Shown piece after piece: positions 45,321-54,502 of a stretch of DNA of 64,000 nucleotides. The position numbers and the translations under genes were made by a program. The notes under the pieces were generated by a model. It was not told the origin of the DNA, did not search any database, and worked only from the letters and a program-made list of their open reading frames with translations. The DNA lies in NCBI GenBank assembly GCA_042584585.1, contig JBHOSQ010000001.1, positions 32,001 through 96,000 on the forward strand, written 5' to 3'. How positions within the stretch are numbered: position 1 is the first letter of the stretch; each line of letters begins with the position of its first letter. The stretch comes from an archaeon. GTDB lineage: Archaea > B1Sed10-29 > WALL01.

Positions 45321-48131
45321 ATGGCCAGTCGCAAGAAAAAAGATTTGAAGGAAGAAGAGAAAGGCGTTTCACCCATTGTTGCTGTCGTGTTGCTTATCGC
45401 AATCGCGGTGATTGCGGCCGTGGCGATAGCGTTTTGGAGCGGGGGTTTGGTGACGAGCCAGTCCACTCCGGACAAGCCGAACGTGATTACTGCGACGATT
45501 GCTTCTGCGAGTGAGGGAAAAGTCGTGGTGGCGAACCTTGGGCCTGGCGACTTGGTGATTGACTACTTGAATACTACCTACAACGCCAGTGAGACATGTA
45601 ACTTTAACGGGACTGTAACTATTCCCGAGGGCACGCACAGGATGTGCATAATGCGGCCCAGGGCGGGAATTACTCATTTATACTCTCCCACTACGGGGTC
45701 GACCCTCGTTGAAATGGCGTCAACCCAAATAGCGACTACTACTTACCAGAGCGCCCTTGCGGGCGCTGGGGGTTTGTGGGATGATTCGCTTACTGGCGAC
45801 TTGACAGGGCTTGGGCACGGCAGCCTGTATTTGCTTGCACCCCCCGGGACAGGCTTGTACACCCATACCACCGCGCTTGACGCGGGGGCGCCGAGCGACA
45901 TTAACGTGGTCGAGTGGGACGAGGACCTGCCAGTCGACACGGGCATCGAAGTGCGGCTTTACTATTCCAACACGCCAGACCTCCCAATTGGTGAACCGGG
46001 CTGGGAACTCGAGTGGCTGGAGCCGATTGTGACGAACGGCGAGACTGATGTTGTGTCGGGCTACCAGTACTTTACGTACACGGCCGAGCTTTCGTCGGAC
46101 GGCGCGGAAACCCCCACGTTCGACAACTTTAGGATTGGTTACGAGGAGACTGATGGGGAGCAGCCCATTCTGGATGTCACGCTCAACAACCCTGCTGGGC
46201 TGAACACTGTCACGATTACCGAGACGTGTGGCGCCGACCCGGACAACGTAATGGAATTCACTGGGCTTGGCGGCGTAGAGTTTTGGGCGACCACTATTGA
46301 CTACACGCCGGGCTGTACTTATGTTACAGTCGGAACCGACGCGGCCGACGCAGCCATTCCCACTGACTACGAGTGGACGGACGGCATGCACCCCTTGGCG
46401 CCGGGAGATCCGGAGATAACGTACCCCAATGGCATATGCGGAGACGGCGAGGACGAACTAAACTACCCGGATGACTGCTGTGGCGGAATCAGCGGCATGG
46501 TCTCAGAGATAACTGGGTTCTGCCACCTCGACTGTGGCTGCGACCCGGCGTGCATGGACCAACCCGACGAGGGCTTGGTGTGCAACGGCGATCTAGTGCT
46601 GGCCTGTTGTGCTGGCGGCGAACCGGTTGAGGACTGTGTTAACGATTACCAGCCGCCCAGGACTTGCGTGGACGGCGAGTGCATCGAGGGCCCGGACAAC
46701 AACGACATGTGCGCTGATGCCACCGCCGCCATTGACGGCGAGAACGCAGTCGACAACACCGAAGCGACCACTGACGGAATCGAAGACGACGGCCTGTGCC
46801 TTTTCTTTGGCAGCAACCAACTCTACAACGACGTCTGGTTTGACTACACTTCCACGTGCACGGGAACCTTGACCGTGGACACATGCACCGAGGGCTTCGA
46901 CACCAAACTGGCAATTTACGAGGATTGCAACTGCGACCCGGAGCCAATAACAGTCGTGGCGTGCAACGACGACGACTGTGGCCTGCAGTCAACAATCACA
47001 GCGCCAGTGACAATGGGCAACTGCTACAAAATCCGCGTCGGCGGCTACAACGAGGAGCAGAGAGGCACTGCCACAATGACCATCGCGTGCGAGGCTGAGC
47101 TGTGCGTCGTTGATGCGTCATGTGACGGGCCGGGCGGCGAGACCGAGGCCAATTGTGCTGAGGACTGCTGCGTTGGACCGGTTTCAGCGCTAACCGGGAA
47201 CTGCCACACTGACTGCGCGGCCATCGCCGAGTGCCAGGATATAGCAGAGACCACTGAAGTGTGCTACAACAACGACGTGGGCATGTGCTGCGACGGCGCG
47301 ACTTCAGTAGACTGCAGCGTTGCATGCATTGACCCTGTTGGCTCACCGGGACAACAGTACGCCGGCACGTGCGCGGCAGCGGCGTGTGACATAAACGACG
47401 TCACTGACACAGAAAACGATGAAGCGCTCTGCATTAATGGTGAGGACGACGACTGTGACAACGAGATTGACTGTAACGACGCGAACTGCGTGGGTGCTTT
47501 CCCAGAAGCCATTTGCGGCGACGGCGAGGACGGCGACTGCGACACAGACATTGACTGCCTCGACGCGGACTGCGAGGGCGGGTCCTGCGGAGAAAACGGC
47601 GAGCTTTGTACCGCTGGCGTTTGCCTGTGCCTGGGCGGAGTCGGGAATGAAGACCCTGAATCGACGTGCACGGGTGGAATCGACGAGGACTGCGACGGCA
47701 ACGCGGACTGCGCCGACGATGACTGCAGCGGCGACCCGGCGTGCCAAGTACCGGTCGGGGGCATATGCCTTGACACGCTATGTACTGAGCCAGACCCCAA
47801 TGTTATGCTAGGCAACGGTGGGCTATGCGGTGTCGTTGCCACCGAGTGCATCGCAGCGACCTGCGACGTCAGCGGCTATGAGTTCTGCCCTGATGGATGG
47901 CACTGCGGGCAGGAGTCAAACTTCAACGGGTGCGATACAGAGGCTGACTTCGGCATATTTGGCGCGGCCGTTATAGATTCGGGTGAGGCACCACAAGTGT
48001 TACCCAACTGTCTTAGTGCGTGCACATTTGACGGGGCTACTTGCCTTATTGCATGCCTCCCCAACACGGTCTACGGAGCAGAGTGTGTTGATGCGGGCGG
48101 AGGCCTGTACACCTGTAACTGCATCTGCTAG
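45321..48131 (+). CDS. Large type IV pilin-like (class III signal) Cys/Asp-rich adhesin
   Basis: KG|VSPIVAVVLLIAIAVIAAVAIAFW; PPC-like NDVWF...FDTKLAIY...CNDD...YKIRVGGY; DxDCDxxxDCxDxxC repeats. Confidence 0.85.
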   Translation: MASRKKKDLKEEEKGVSPIVAVVLLIAIAVIAAVAIAFWSGGLVTSQSTPDKPNVITATIASASEGKVVVANLGPGDLVIDYLNTTYNASETCNFNGTVTIPEGTHRMCIMRPRAGITHLYSPTTGSTLVEMASTQIATTTYQSALAGAGGLWDDSLTGDLTGLGHGSLYLLAPPGTGLYTHTTALDAGAPSDINVVEWDEDLPVDTGIEVRLYYSNTPDLPIGEPGWELEWLEPIVTNGETDVVSGYQYFTYTAELSSDGAETPTFDNFRIGYEETDGEQPILDVTLNNPAGLNTVTITETCGADPDNVMEFTGLGGVEFWATTIDYTPGCTYVTVGTDAADAAIPTDYEWTDGMHPLAPGDPEITYPNGICGDGEDELNYPDDCCGGISGMVSEITGFCHLDCGCDPACMDQPDEGLVCNGDLVLACCAGGEPVEDCVNDYQPPRTCVDGECIEGPDNNDMCADATAAIDGENAVDNTEATTDGIEDDGLCLFFGSNQLYNDVWFDYTSTCTGTLTVDTCTEGFDTKLAIYEDCNCDPEPITVVACNDDDCGLQSTITAPVTMGNCYKIRVGGYNEEQRGTATMTIACEAELCVVDASCDGPGGETEANCAEDCCVGPVSALTGNCHTDCAAIAECQDIAETTEVCYNNDVGMCCDGATSVDCSVACIDPVGSPGQQYAGTCAAAACDINDVTDTENDEALCINGEDDDCDNEIDCNDANCVGAFPEAICGDGEDGDCDTDIDCLDADCEGGSCGENGELCTAGVCLCLGGVGNEDPESTCTGGIDEDCDGNADCADDDCSGDPACQVPVGGICLDTLCTEPDPNVMLGNGGLCGVVATECIAATCDVSGYEFCPDGWHCGQESNFNGCDTEADFGIFGAAVIDSGEAPQVLPNCLSACTFDGATCLIACLPNTVYGAECVDAGGGLYTCNCIC

Positions 48132-48150
48132 CAGCGTAAGCGCAGAAACC

Positions 48151-48177
48151 GGGGGGCCACCAATTGGTGGTCCCCCC
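48151..48177. repeat. Palindrome with family A core (CCAATTGG), probably acting as a terminator
   Basis: ggggggccaccaattggtggtcccccc followed by a T-rich tract. Confidence 0.65.
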
Positions 48178-48241
48178 AGTTGCTTTTTCTTTGCTCCCCA
48201 GTTCTGTTTTTCCAAAACATTTAACTAGCAGTACGGCATAA

Positions 48242-49018
48242 GTGGTGATGATGAAGTTCCACATCCCCCTCAAGAACAACAAGAAGTTAGGGGGCGTGAT
48301 GAAGCGCATCCTCATGAGCAAGCGGCTCGCCACGATGTGGAAGTGCTCGAACATCAACTCAATCGACAGGCTGAACTACAACGACCACGGGCCCGTGCAC
48401 GTCACGATTGTGGCGAACGCGGCGCTGCAAATGCTTCGGCTTCTCGTTGCCGGGGGCGTAAAGCCCAGCATCGTGAAGAACCACAAAATGAAAAACGATG
48501 ACGCTGAAGTCGTCGTTGTGTTGGCGGCGGTGCTGCACGACATCGGGATGACCGTGCACAGGCATGAGCACGAATTGTTCAGCATTATTTTGGCGGGGCA
48601 AATTTTGCCGGAATTGCTGGCTGACTATTCTGTCGAGGAGCAGGTGGTGCTGCAGTCAGAAGTCCTGCACGCATTGCCGCATTATAGTAAAGAGCTCGCG
48701 CCGTTCACTGTGGAGGCGGGAGTGGTCCGGGTGGCGGACGCGACCGACATGAGCAAAGGCCGCTCGCGCATCCCGTTCGAAATGGGGAAGACAGACATTC
48801 ACGCGGTGAGTGCGCAGGCCATTGATGACGTTAGTATCAAGGCCGGTGACAAGAAGCCGGTCAGGATTTTGGTGAAGATGAACAACTCGGCGGGCGTGTT
48901 CCAGCTCGACCAGTTGCTGCGGCCGAGGATTGACTCGTCTGGCCTAAGCAAGTATATAGAAGTGGAGGCCGTGGTCAAGCCCAAGGAAAAGCATATTCTC
49001 AAGAAGTTCACGCTATAA
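48242..49018 (+). CDS. HD-superfamily phosphohydrolase
   Basis: YNDHGPVH, LHDIGM..HR..H, VADATDM.KGRSRIPF, IHAVSA. Confidence 0.88.
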   Translation: MVMMKFHIPLKNNKKLGGVMKRILMSKRLATMWKCSNINSIDRLNYNDHGPVHVTIVANAALQMLRLLVAGGVKPSIVKNHKMKNDDAEVVVVLAAVLHDIGMTVHRHEHELFSIILAGQILPELLADYSVEEQVVLQSEVLHALPHYSKELAPFTVEAGVVRVADATDMSKGRSRIPFEMGKTDIHAVSAQAIDDVSIKAGDKKPVRILVKMNNSAGVFQLDQLLRPRIDSSGLSKYIEVEAVVKPKEKHILKKFTL

Positions 49019-49048
49019 TTTTAAATACTCTCCGCCCTAATGTTGGGT

Positions 49049-51043
49049 ATGGCGTCCCAGGACCTCCAGAAGAACTTGCCCCACATCATTGCGGTGGGAA
49101 TACTCATTTTCGCGCTGCTTATTGTGGCCACGAAGACCGGGCTCGTGGGGTGCTCGTCGCTCGGCAGCGGGTACTGCGACATTTATTACTCTGTCCTGGG
49201 CAAGCCCACGATTCTGATTGTGCGTGGCGACGAGGGAATGGGCGCGCCCGACACGCTGGCACGGATGATTGAGACCCAATACCAATTGCCGGTGCAAAAG
49301 CTTCGGGTCGACCAGATTTCGCGGGGGAACATACAGGACTATTCAATGATTATTGTGGAGCGGTCGCGGGAAATTCCCACGGAAAAGCTCAAAGTGTTTT
49401 ATGATTATTTGTTCGAGGACATGGGGAGGCTGGTCTGGGTCGGCGACGCCGGGACAATCGGCAGCAGCTCCGACGAAATATGCCGGCTCATGGAATACAC
49501 CGCGGAGTGGAACACAGAAGCGGGCAAAACACGGACCGAGTACGAAGAAAACATTTGCGTCGTCGAGTCCGACCTATCGATTCCGGGCGAGGCAACGACT
49601 TCCGAATCACTGTCAATAAAGCGAGACGCCTTGATGGAAAAGGCGCTCGACCACCTCGAGCTGTTGTGCGGCGACGCGTTCGGCGGAGAGCTCGGCGTGT
49701 ACGGCCCGAAGGGATACCCGTGCGAGGGCGGGAGCTACGAAGACGCCTACTTCAAGTGGGCCAACGAAGCGTCGTTCCGCTCGACCGTGAACCCGTGGTC
49801 CCGCGGAGAATACGAAAAAATCACGACCGAAGGAAAAGAAAAGGGGATTGACTTCGCCAAAACCGTGCTCGGCGTCGGGTTTGTTGCTGACGACTATGCC
49901 GTCGCGGAGTTCGACGCTTATTACGAAGGGATTGACACAGTCAAGGAAAGCTTGGTGGCAGCGCACACCGGGTTCGTCACGTGCCACAACTCACTCGGGG
50001 GAGCAGGCGGGTGCAGCACAAGCGCGGCAGAAGCCGCGGTTGCCGCCGCATTGTTCGAACTGGACAACGGCAAGTCCGGGGCCAAGACGGACTTGAGCGG
50101 CGTGGTCACGACATTGAATTCATTGGCCCAGCAAAAAGAAACGCAGGGCGGGGACTCAGCAGCAGTCAAGTCGGCGTCCACAAAGATTACTGGATACATC
50201 GACGCGATTGAGCTTGTGGTTGTTCCGGAGGGAATGCCGACCGCGGCAGAGGCCGCGGCACTGCAGGCCATTGCCACCCAACTAAACAGCGCGAAAGCGG
50301 AGCTGGAGTCATTGCGCGCCGGCGAAACAGACCCCACCGTGAAAGTGAATTACGACTCGCACATCTCGGCGATTAACTTGCGTGTGGCGAGTGTCAGCGC
50401 GAGTGTTGCGTCGCTGCAGGCGGGTGTCACGGAATACAATTCGTGTGAAGGCGTCGTGGTCAGCGGCGTTGCCGAAACCATTTCGGAAGAGACCGGCTAC
50501 CTTGACGAGCTGGAAGTATTGATTGCTTATTCGACGCCATTGATTGACGAGAACGGAGCAGTCGACTTTATCCGCACGGCGCAGGGCGGCGCGTGGAGCG
50601 GGCTTGCGGCGAAGCTTAAGAGTATTCAGTTGGACTGCGGCGACGGGTTTGCCGAAGCGATGGCTTCCGGTGCGGCGGCGATTGAGGCGGCGCAGGCAGT
50701 GGACACTTCCCCCGCCGTTGAAAGCGAGGCATTGGCGACGATGCAGGTCGCGGACATCAAGCACCCGCTTGTCGAGGGCGTGACGCGGGCGAAGGACTTG
50801 AAGAAGGATGGACTGCCGATTCCGTTTGTGCTGGTGGAGACGAACGACGTTGACTCGCACGAGGTCGTGCAGCTTTACGTGGCCCCGGCGTTCAACGACG
50901 TTAACCTGTGGCCGGGCATCACGGTGAAGGACCCGAAGTTCGCGAGCCACATTTTCGGTAGAGGGGTTGTGGTTTACTACGCGTTCCCGCCGGAGACCGA
51001 CGAAGTGTTCGTGAAGAACTTAGTAGAGTTCATGTTGTACTAG
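49049..51043 (+). CDS. Membrane-anchored protein with split class I glutamine amidotransferase-like fold and helical insert
   Basis: N-terminal TM; DYSMIIV...GRLVWVGDAG; C-terminal HPLVEG...GRGVVVYYAFPPE. Confidence 0.7.
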   Translation: MASQDLQKNLPHIIAVGILIFALLIVATKTGLVGCSSLGSGYCDIYYSVLGKPTILIVRGDEGMGAPDTLARMIETQYQLPVQKLRVDQISRGNIQDYSMIIVERSREIPTEKLKVFYDYLFEDMGRLVWVGDAGTIGSSSDEICRLMEYTAEWNTEAGKTRTEYEENICVVESDLSIPGEATTSESLSIKRDALMEKALDHLELLCGDAFGGELGVYGPKGYPCEGGSYEDAYFKWANEASFRSTVNPWSRGEYEKITTEGKEKGIDFAKTVLGVGFVADDYAVAEFDAYYEGIDTVKESLVAAHTGFVTCHNSLGGAGGCSTSAAEAAVAAALFELDNGKSGAKTDLSGVVTTLNSLAQQKETQGGDSAAVKSASTKITGYIDAIELVVVPEGMPTAAEAAALQAIATQLNSAKAELESLRAGETDPTVKVNYDSHISAINLRVASVSASVASLQAGVTEYNSCEGVVVSGVAETISEETGYLDELEVLIAYSTPLIDENGAVDFIRTAQGGAWSGLAAKLKSIQLDCGDGFAEAMASGAAAIEAAQAVDTSPAVESEALATMQVADIKHPLVEGVTRAKDLKKDGLPIPFVLVETNDVDSHEVVQLYVAPAFNDVNLWPGITVKDPKFASHIFGRGVVVYYAFPPETDEVFVKNLVEFMLY

Positions 51044-52511
51044 GCTTTTCGAGAGTTATTCTGTAGAAGTTGTGGTCTTCAGTCCGCGACTTGCTTTCGT
51101 CGCTTTCTTTTTTTAGTGACTCGATTCTTTTGTCCCAGGCCTTGGCGTCAGGGGGGACAAGCATGTCGCGAATGGCTTTTATCTCGTCCATGTGCACCAT
51201 CCTCCCGGGGTAGAGCTGCCACTTCGTGTCGGCGGGGGCGAAGACTTCTCCTTTCTCCGCCATTCTTTTGCCGCGGTGCTTTATCCCAAAGAACATGGCA
51301 AAAGCGCGACCCGGCTTGCTCTCGCCAGCAAACCCGAGCATGGACTCCATAAGCCGCGAAGGGCTTATCTCGAGGACGTCGTTGCCAAGGAACTGGCTCT
51401 GCTTCTCAACCTTGACGACGTTCAGCCCCACTTTTTTCCCGTGGTCCTGGATGAACCTCGTTATGACGTTCATGGTGGGCTGTCCCTCCACAGTCCACTC
51501 CTCGCCCTTCTTAGTGGGCTGGACGTGGCTGGGCTCTAGGTAGCCATAGTCATTGGAAGTGAGCCTCCCGCCGGGCTTCAGCGCGCGGTACGCGCCCTCA
51601 AGAAAGTCAAACGAGCTGACTGGGACAGAAACGTCTTTTCCCTCGGGGAACAATTCTTCGGCCAAGCCGTAGCGGGCCACTTCTTTTGGTGGCAGTTCCT
51701 GCTCGTCGTCATCGAAGAGCGCCCTCACGTTCTTGAAGCTCTCGGGATCGAGCTGCATGATAGACTCCCAGTCCTTGTTCACCACGGCCTTCGCGACGTC
51801 CGTGGGAATCATTTTTTCCCGCTTGGCTTTTAGCTCGTCGAACGCGTCCTTGGCCCCGCGCTCTTTGGTGTGCTTGAAGATTGCTAGCGCGGCGAATTCT
51901 TTTTCCCCAGCGGCAAGCTTCAAGTCCTCAACGCGTTCCCGCGCGGCACGAAGCTTCTGATTGTCCTTGAAAAAAGTTGTGTCGGGAAGCTTTTGTTTTA
52001 GCTTGAGCTGCTTGACAAAGAATTTTTTGTTCTTCTTCGTTACTGTTATTCCGCCGAGGTCGTCCATAAGCTCGTTCAGAATAATTTGGTCGACTTCGTT
52101 GTCGAACGGCATGTCAAGCGCGTTTACGTGCTTGTATTCGACGTCCACCCCTTCGAAGGCGTCTTGGAGAAACTGGTTTTTCTTCGCGTTGTCCAGAAGC
52201 TTTGTCGAGAAGTCGCCCATGACGACTTTAAGGCGCTTTGTCAAGCCGGTTCCTTTCTCGCTGTCCAGCTCTTTCAGGCGCTTCACAAAGTTTTTCATCT
52301 GGCCGCCGTCGCCGATACCAATGTTCAGGACCGTTAGCTCTCCCTTCTTGTCTTTGAACTTGCCGTGGAATTCTTCTGCTTCCTTTCGCCCGAGGTACGG
52401 CCACTGGGCGTAAGTCCTGAAGTCGTGCCTGAAAACGCGCTCCCCTTTCTTGGTGTAGTAGGCCTTGTTCATGAGGGAGTGAAACTCGTGGAGTGCGATG
52501 GTCTCAGGCAT
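51030..52511 (-). CDS. SAM-dependent methyltransferase, MidA/NDUFAF7-like
   Basis: FHSLMNKAYY, DFRTY, LNIGIGDG, ILNELMDDL, NDYGY. Confidence 0.72.
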   Translation of the reverse strand: MPETIALHEFHSLMNKAYYTKKGERVFRHDFRTYAQWPYLGRKEAEEFHGKFKDKKGELTVLNIGIGDGGQMKNFVKRLKELDSEKGTGLTKRLKVVMGDFSTKLLDNAKKNQFLQDAFEGVDVEYKHVNALDMPFDNEVDQIILNELMDDLGGITVTKKNKKFFVKQLKLKQKLPDTTFFKDNQKLRAARERVEDLKLAAGEKEFAALAIFKHTKERGAKDAFDELKAKREKMIPTDVAKAVVNKDWESIMQLDPESFKNVRALFDDDEQELPPKEVARYGLAEELFPEGKDVSVPVSSFDFLEGAYRALKPGGRLTSNDYGYLEPSHVQPTKKGEEWTVEGQPTMNVITRFIQDHGKKVGLNVVKVEKQSQFLGNDVLEISPSRLMESMLGFAGESKPGRAFAMFFGIKHRGKRMAEKGEVFAPADTKWQLYPGRMVHMDEIKAIRDMLVPPDAKAWDKRIESLKKESDESKSRTEDHNFYRITLEKPSTT

Positions 52512-52685
52512 TGGTTATTTTAAGTGCCCCAGCATTATTAATTGTTTAAGTCGTCCCCGCCGAGGGACAATTTATGCAAAAAGCTTAAAAGGCTGGGAGT
52601 TAACTAAATAACAGCTGTGCCTGAGGCTGCGAAACCTTTAAAAGGCATGGTTGAATAATGGTGTTCACTACAGGAGGAGCGGCAT

Positions 52686-53561
52686 ATGCCACAACAGTAT
52701 TACGAAGAGGGATTTAAACGACAATTCGAGGCGGCTATACCCGTCTTGATTATACTATTACTGGTTATAGGGGTAATCGCCCTGAACCCCAGTCTGGTCC
52801 GCGGGGTCCCCGTTTTGGGCGACCTTTTCGGCGGCTCTGCAGTCAACGTACTGATTATTGGAGAGTCTGCCAGCGAGGCAAACGACTGGAGGGCACACCT
52901 CTCTGGGAACCTGGCACTACAAGTGTTCGGTAACCCGCTGAACGTTGAAGTCATAACAGACGCGCAGTACAACAAGGTCAGCTCTGCGGACTGGCTAGAC
53001 AACCAAGGCTACGACGTCATTGTCCTGACGGCAGGCGACTTGACCCCGTCAATGCAGGTCATCCTAAAGAACTGGGTGACAGGCGGCGGGAAGCTGCTCG
53101 TGCTTGGCACAGGCGGCACACAAGCCAACGGCCGATGGGCAGAGCTCGCAAGCTCAATGCCGGTCAGCTGCCCACAGGGCGACTGCAGCGGCGTGTACGA
53201 ACAGGTCTATGCACCAACCATGTACATCTGGCAGGGCATGTTCGACAACGGGCTCGCGAAGAACGTCGACACTGCGACTCCACTGACCCCCGCCGAGGGC
53301 AGCATTAACGTTGCCAACGTGCAGGCCACTGGCTCGCACATCATTTACCTGGGCGGATTCCCGAGCGCTGCCGAAGTCATGGCCGGCGAAGTCGGTGACA
53401 TCTACCCCGGCGTTGCCGAGCAAGGCGATGTTGCAGGCGGAATGGTGCTGTGGATGAGCTTCAACCCGACGACTGAAAACATCGACGCGACCGTTGAGGA
53501 AGGCATCGTCATCAACACGATGGCTTACCTGATCGGAAGCCCGGGCTACCAAAGCGCGTGA
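52686..53561 (+). CDS. Membrane-anchored GATase-like-fold protein
   Basis: TM helix; YDVIVL...LKNWVTGGGKLLVLG; GGMVLWMSFNP. Confidence 0.72.
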   Translation: MPQQYYEEGFKRQFEAAIPVLIILLLVIGVIALNPSLVRGVPVLGDLFGGSAVNVLIIGESASEANDWRAHLSGNLALQVFGNPLNVEVITDAQYNKVSSADWLDNQGYDVIVLTAGDLTPSMQVILKNWVTGGGKLLVLGTGGTQANGRWAELASSMPVSCPQGDCSGVYEQVYAPTMYIWQGMFDNGLAKNVDTATPLTPAEGSINVANVQATGSHIIYLGGFPSAAEVMAGEVGDIYPGVAEQGDVAGGMVLWMSFNPTTENIDATVEEGIVINTMAYLIGSPGYQSA

Positions 53562-53574
53562 GGTGAAAAAGTAA

Positions 53575-54462
53575 ATGGCGTTCTATCCACGTGGAGGCGG
53601 ACAAAACCAGTTTGCGGAGATGGCTATACCAATCGTATTGGTCGTCCTCGTGCTGGTGGTAGTCGCTACCCAATTCATGGGTATATGCCCCTCCTTCCTG
53701 AGCTTCCTCTGCGCAGGAGAGAGCGTCCAAACGCTTATCGTCACGAACCCCAGTGACTTCGACGCCGCGAAGGCGTTCGGCACGGACATCAGCAGCCGAG
53801 TCACAAAAATCACTCCCGTGATTGACAACAACGTGCAGCAGCACATCCGCGAAGGCGCGATAACAAGCAACGACTACGACCTCGTGATTCTCTACGGTGA
53901 CAACACCGCATTGACCACCGAGGCAAGAAAAGAAATAACCGCGTACGTCAATTCGGGCGGCGCACTCATACTTGTGCGCGGTGCCGGACTGCACCAAATG
54001 AACACCGACGGAACAATCAGCGAGTACACCTTCGGGTGGGCCGTGGACGACATGGCAAGCGTGGTTCAGTTCGAGCCGGACTGCCCAACGTTCACAAACT
54101 GCAACACCGTTGCTGCGGTAACCGCATTGCCGAGCGGCATGAGCAACGTGCAAGTCGTTCCGACACAGTACAAGCACCAAATCATCGAGCGAATCGGGTG
54201 GACCACGCCAATCGGCGTTGACATCTCGAGATATCCCACATTCAGTGGAGTGACGCTGGTGAACGAGCCGCACGCAAGCAACAAAGTCGCGTGGTTCGAA
54301 TGGACCGACTCGACCGGAAAGAGCCAGAGCACGGCGGCATTCATCGCGTACGACGCCGGCGCAACTGGCGGAAGAATTGTTTACCTGGCGTACAACCCGA
54401 TTGAGCTGAACCAGGAAGACTTGTTCCGGAACATAATTACGTGGGCCACGAAATCAACGTGA
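53575..54462 (+). CDS. Membrane-anchored GATase-like-fold protein (tandem paralog)
   Basis: TM helix; YDLVIL...ITAYVNSGGALILV; GGRIVYLAYNP. Confidence 0.72.
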   Translation: MAFYPRGGGQNQFAEMAIPIVLVVLVLVVVATQFMGICPSFLSFLCAGESVQTLIVTNPSDFDAAKAFGTDISSRVTKITPVIDNNVQQHIREGAITSNDYDLVILYGDNTALTTEARKEITAYVNSGGALILVRGAGLHQMNTDGTISEYTFGWAVDDMASVVQFEPDCPTFTNCNTVAAVTALPSGMSNVQVVPTQYKHQIIERIGWTTPIGVDISRYPTFSGVTLVNEPHASNKVAWFEWTDSTGKSQSTAAFIAYDAGATGGRIVYLAYNPIELNQEDLFRNIITWATKST

Positions 54463-54502
54463 GCCCATACCCCTTCTTTTTTTCTACAAAAGTTAGCGAC
54501 AG

